Assembly: GCA_031835245.2 (NCBI GenBank)
Contig: JAVKOQ020000088.1
Location: forward strand, 62,001 to 126,000
DNA from: Balamuthia mandrillaris
Lineage: Eukaryota
DNA length: 64,000 bases
Reading direction: 5' to 3'
The translations under genes were made by a program, and so were the position numbers. Shown piece by piece: positions 63,051-64,000 of the stretch. How positions within the stretch are numbered: the stretch's first letter is position 1; the number at the start of each line of letters is the position of its first letter. The notes below the pieces were generated by a model. It saw only the letters and a list, made by a program, of their open reading frames with translations, was not told the origin of the DNA and ran no database searches.

Positions 63051-64000
63051 TCAAGGTTTGATGACGATGGTGCCGACAAGGGTTGGAGAGTCGAGAAGGC
63101 GATGAGCTTCTCGTATTTTTTCCAAAGGAAAGGCGTTGGCCACTCTGACTCGTATTTCTTCTTTTCGTATTTTCTCCAACAGTTCCTCCAAAATATCTTT
63201 GTTTGTATGGTTTTTGTTATTTCGGCAACAACACTCGAGAAAGAAGGAAGTACAAGAAAGCAACGTACGTAAATAACGTCCTTGTTGAAGTGGAGAGAGC
63301 AACCATGTTTGCTCAAACAGAAAGCTGAGAGACGCTCCACGAAGATATAACAAACGTGTCGTCGGTGGATCCAGCTATTTTTTTGTTGGGACAAGAAAGA
63401 ATGAAACGGTGAAACGGACACAACGAATAACTAAGAAAGAGAAACGAACCTGCAAATAGGAAGACGCAACCCATCGACCGTGAACTGCTAAACAACGAAC
63501 AAGTTCATCGTTCTTGTAACGTGCTTTTGCCTCATCATTTTCATCTTCATTTTGTTCCTGTTTTCCTTTTGGAGAAGATAGAGAATTGGAAGAAGCGGAG
63601 GAAGGAGGATCGATGGCAGGAGGAGATTCCACTCGATGGGATTCTATGAGAATGTCAACGCCTAAACCGCCCGTTTCGTCCATTACAGCATTGAAAAGAT
63701 TTTCTGTACTTGTGTCTATTATTCTATCTATCCTTTTGTTTAAAGAAGTTTAATAAATAAACAGAGAGAGAGAGAGAGAGAAGAAAATGTACTTTGTGGA
63801 TAGATTTTGAAGAAACGTGAATTCTTCAGGAGAGGATGCTGTTGTGATGATCTTGGCGCCCCACAAACCAGCCAATTGAACTGCCAAATGACCATATGTC
63901 GATGCTCCTTATTTTGTTATGATATGTCGTTCGGTTTAAAAAAAGCGTATCAGCACCAACACCAAAGAAATGAAAGAACGAACGAAAAGGGGAAAGAAAG
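63051..64000 (-). CDS. CRYZL1: Quinone oxidoreductase-like protein 1 (CRYZL1-like), 3' exons; partial
   Basis: GHLAVQLAGLWGAKIITT, DETGGLGVDIL, CLAVHGRWV, Q|LDPP...LRGASLSFL..W.LS..QQGRYL. Confidence 0.8.

Overview
Gene-dense, intron-containing eukaryotic nuclear DNA with short GT-AG introns, abundant CT microsatellites and low-complexity Ser/Glu/Lys tracts. The 5S rRNA closely resembles the Acanthamoeba sequence as I recall it, so the source is probably an amoebozoan, possibly Balamuthia-like (inference). About 24 protein genes: ARF1, a long mitochondrial-type PPR protein, M28 aminopeptidase, LITAF, Cdc20, DOT1-like, a CAMK-group kinase, two divergent secreted proteins with bacterial-style domains, a PH-SH3-FYVE protein, NPL4-like, HTTM/DCC1, an ADP-ribosylglycohydrolase, a Costars-LIM protein, a RING protein, PRCC, CIR1, PrimPol, three tandem fasciclin genes (one with a nonsense codon), CRYZL1 and several hypotheticals. 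A small ncRNA island (14.85-15.9 kb) holds 5S rRNA, a variant U2 snRNA with a DUSE-like upstream element, and decayed 5S-like sequence. Best leads: the variant U2 and its 5S linkage, a possible splice switch on the Cdc20 IR tail, the Costars-LIM fusion, the bacterial-like secreted gene pair and a recurrent intergenic GTCGAC element. Exon boundaries were read by eye and no database searches were run.
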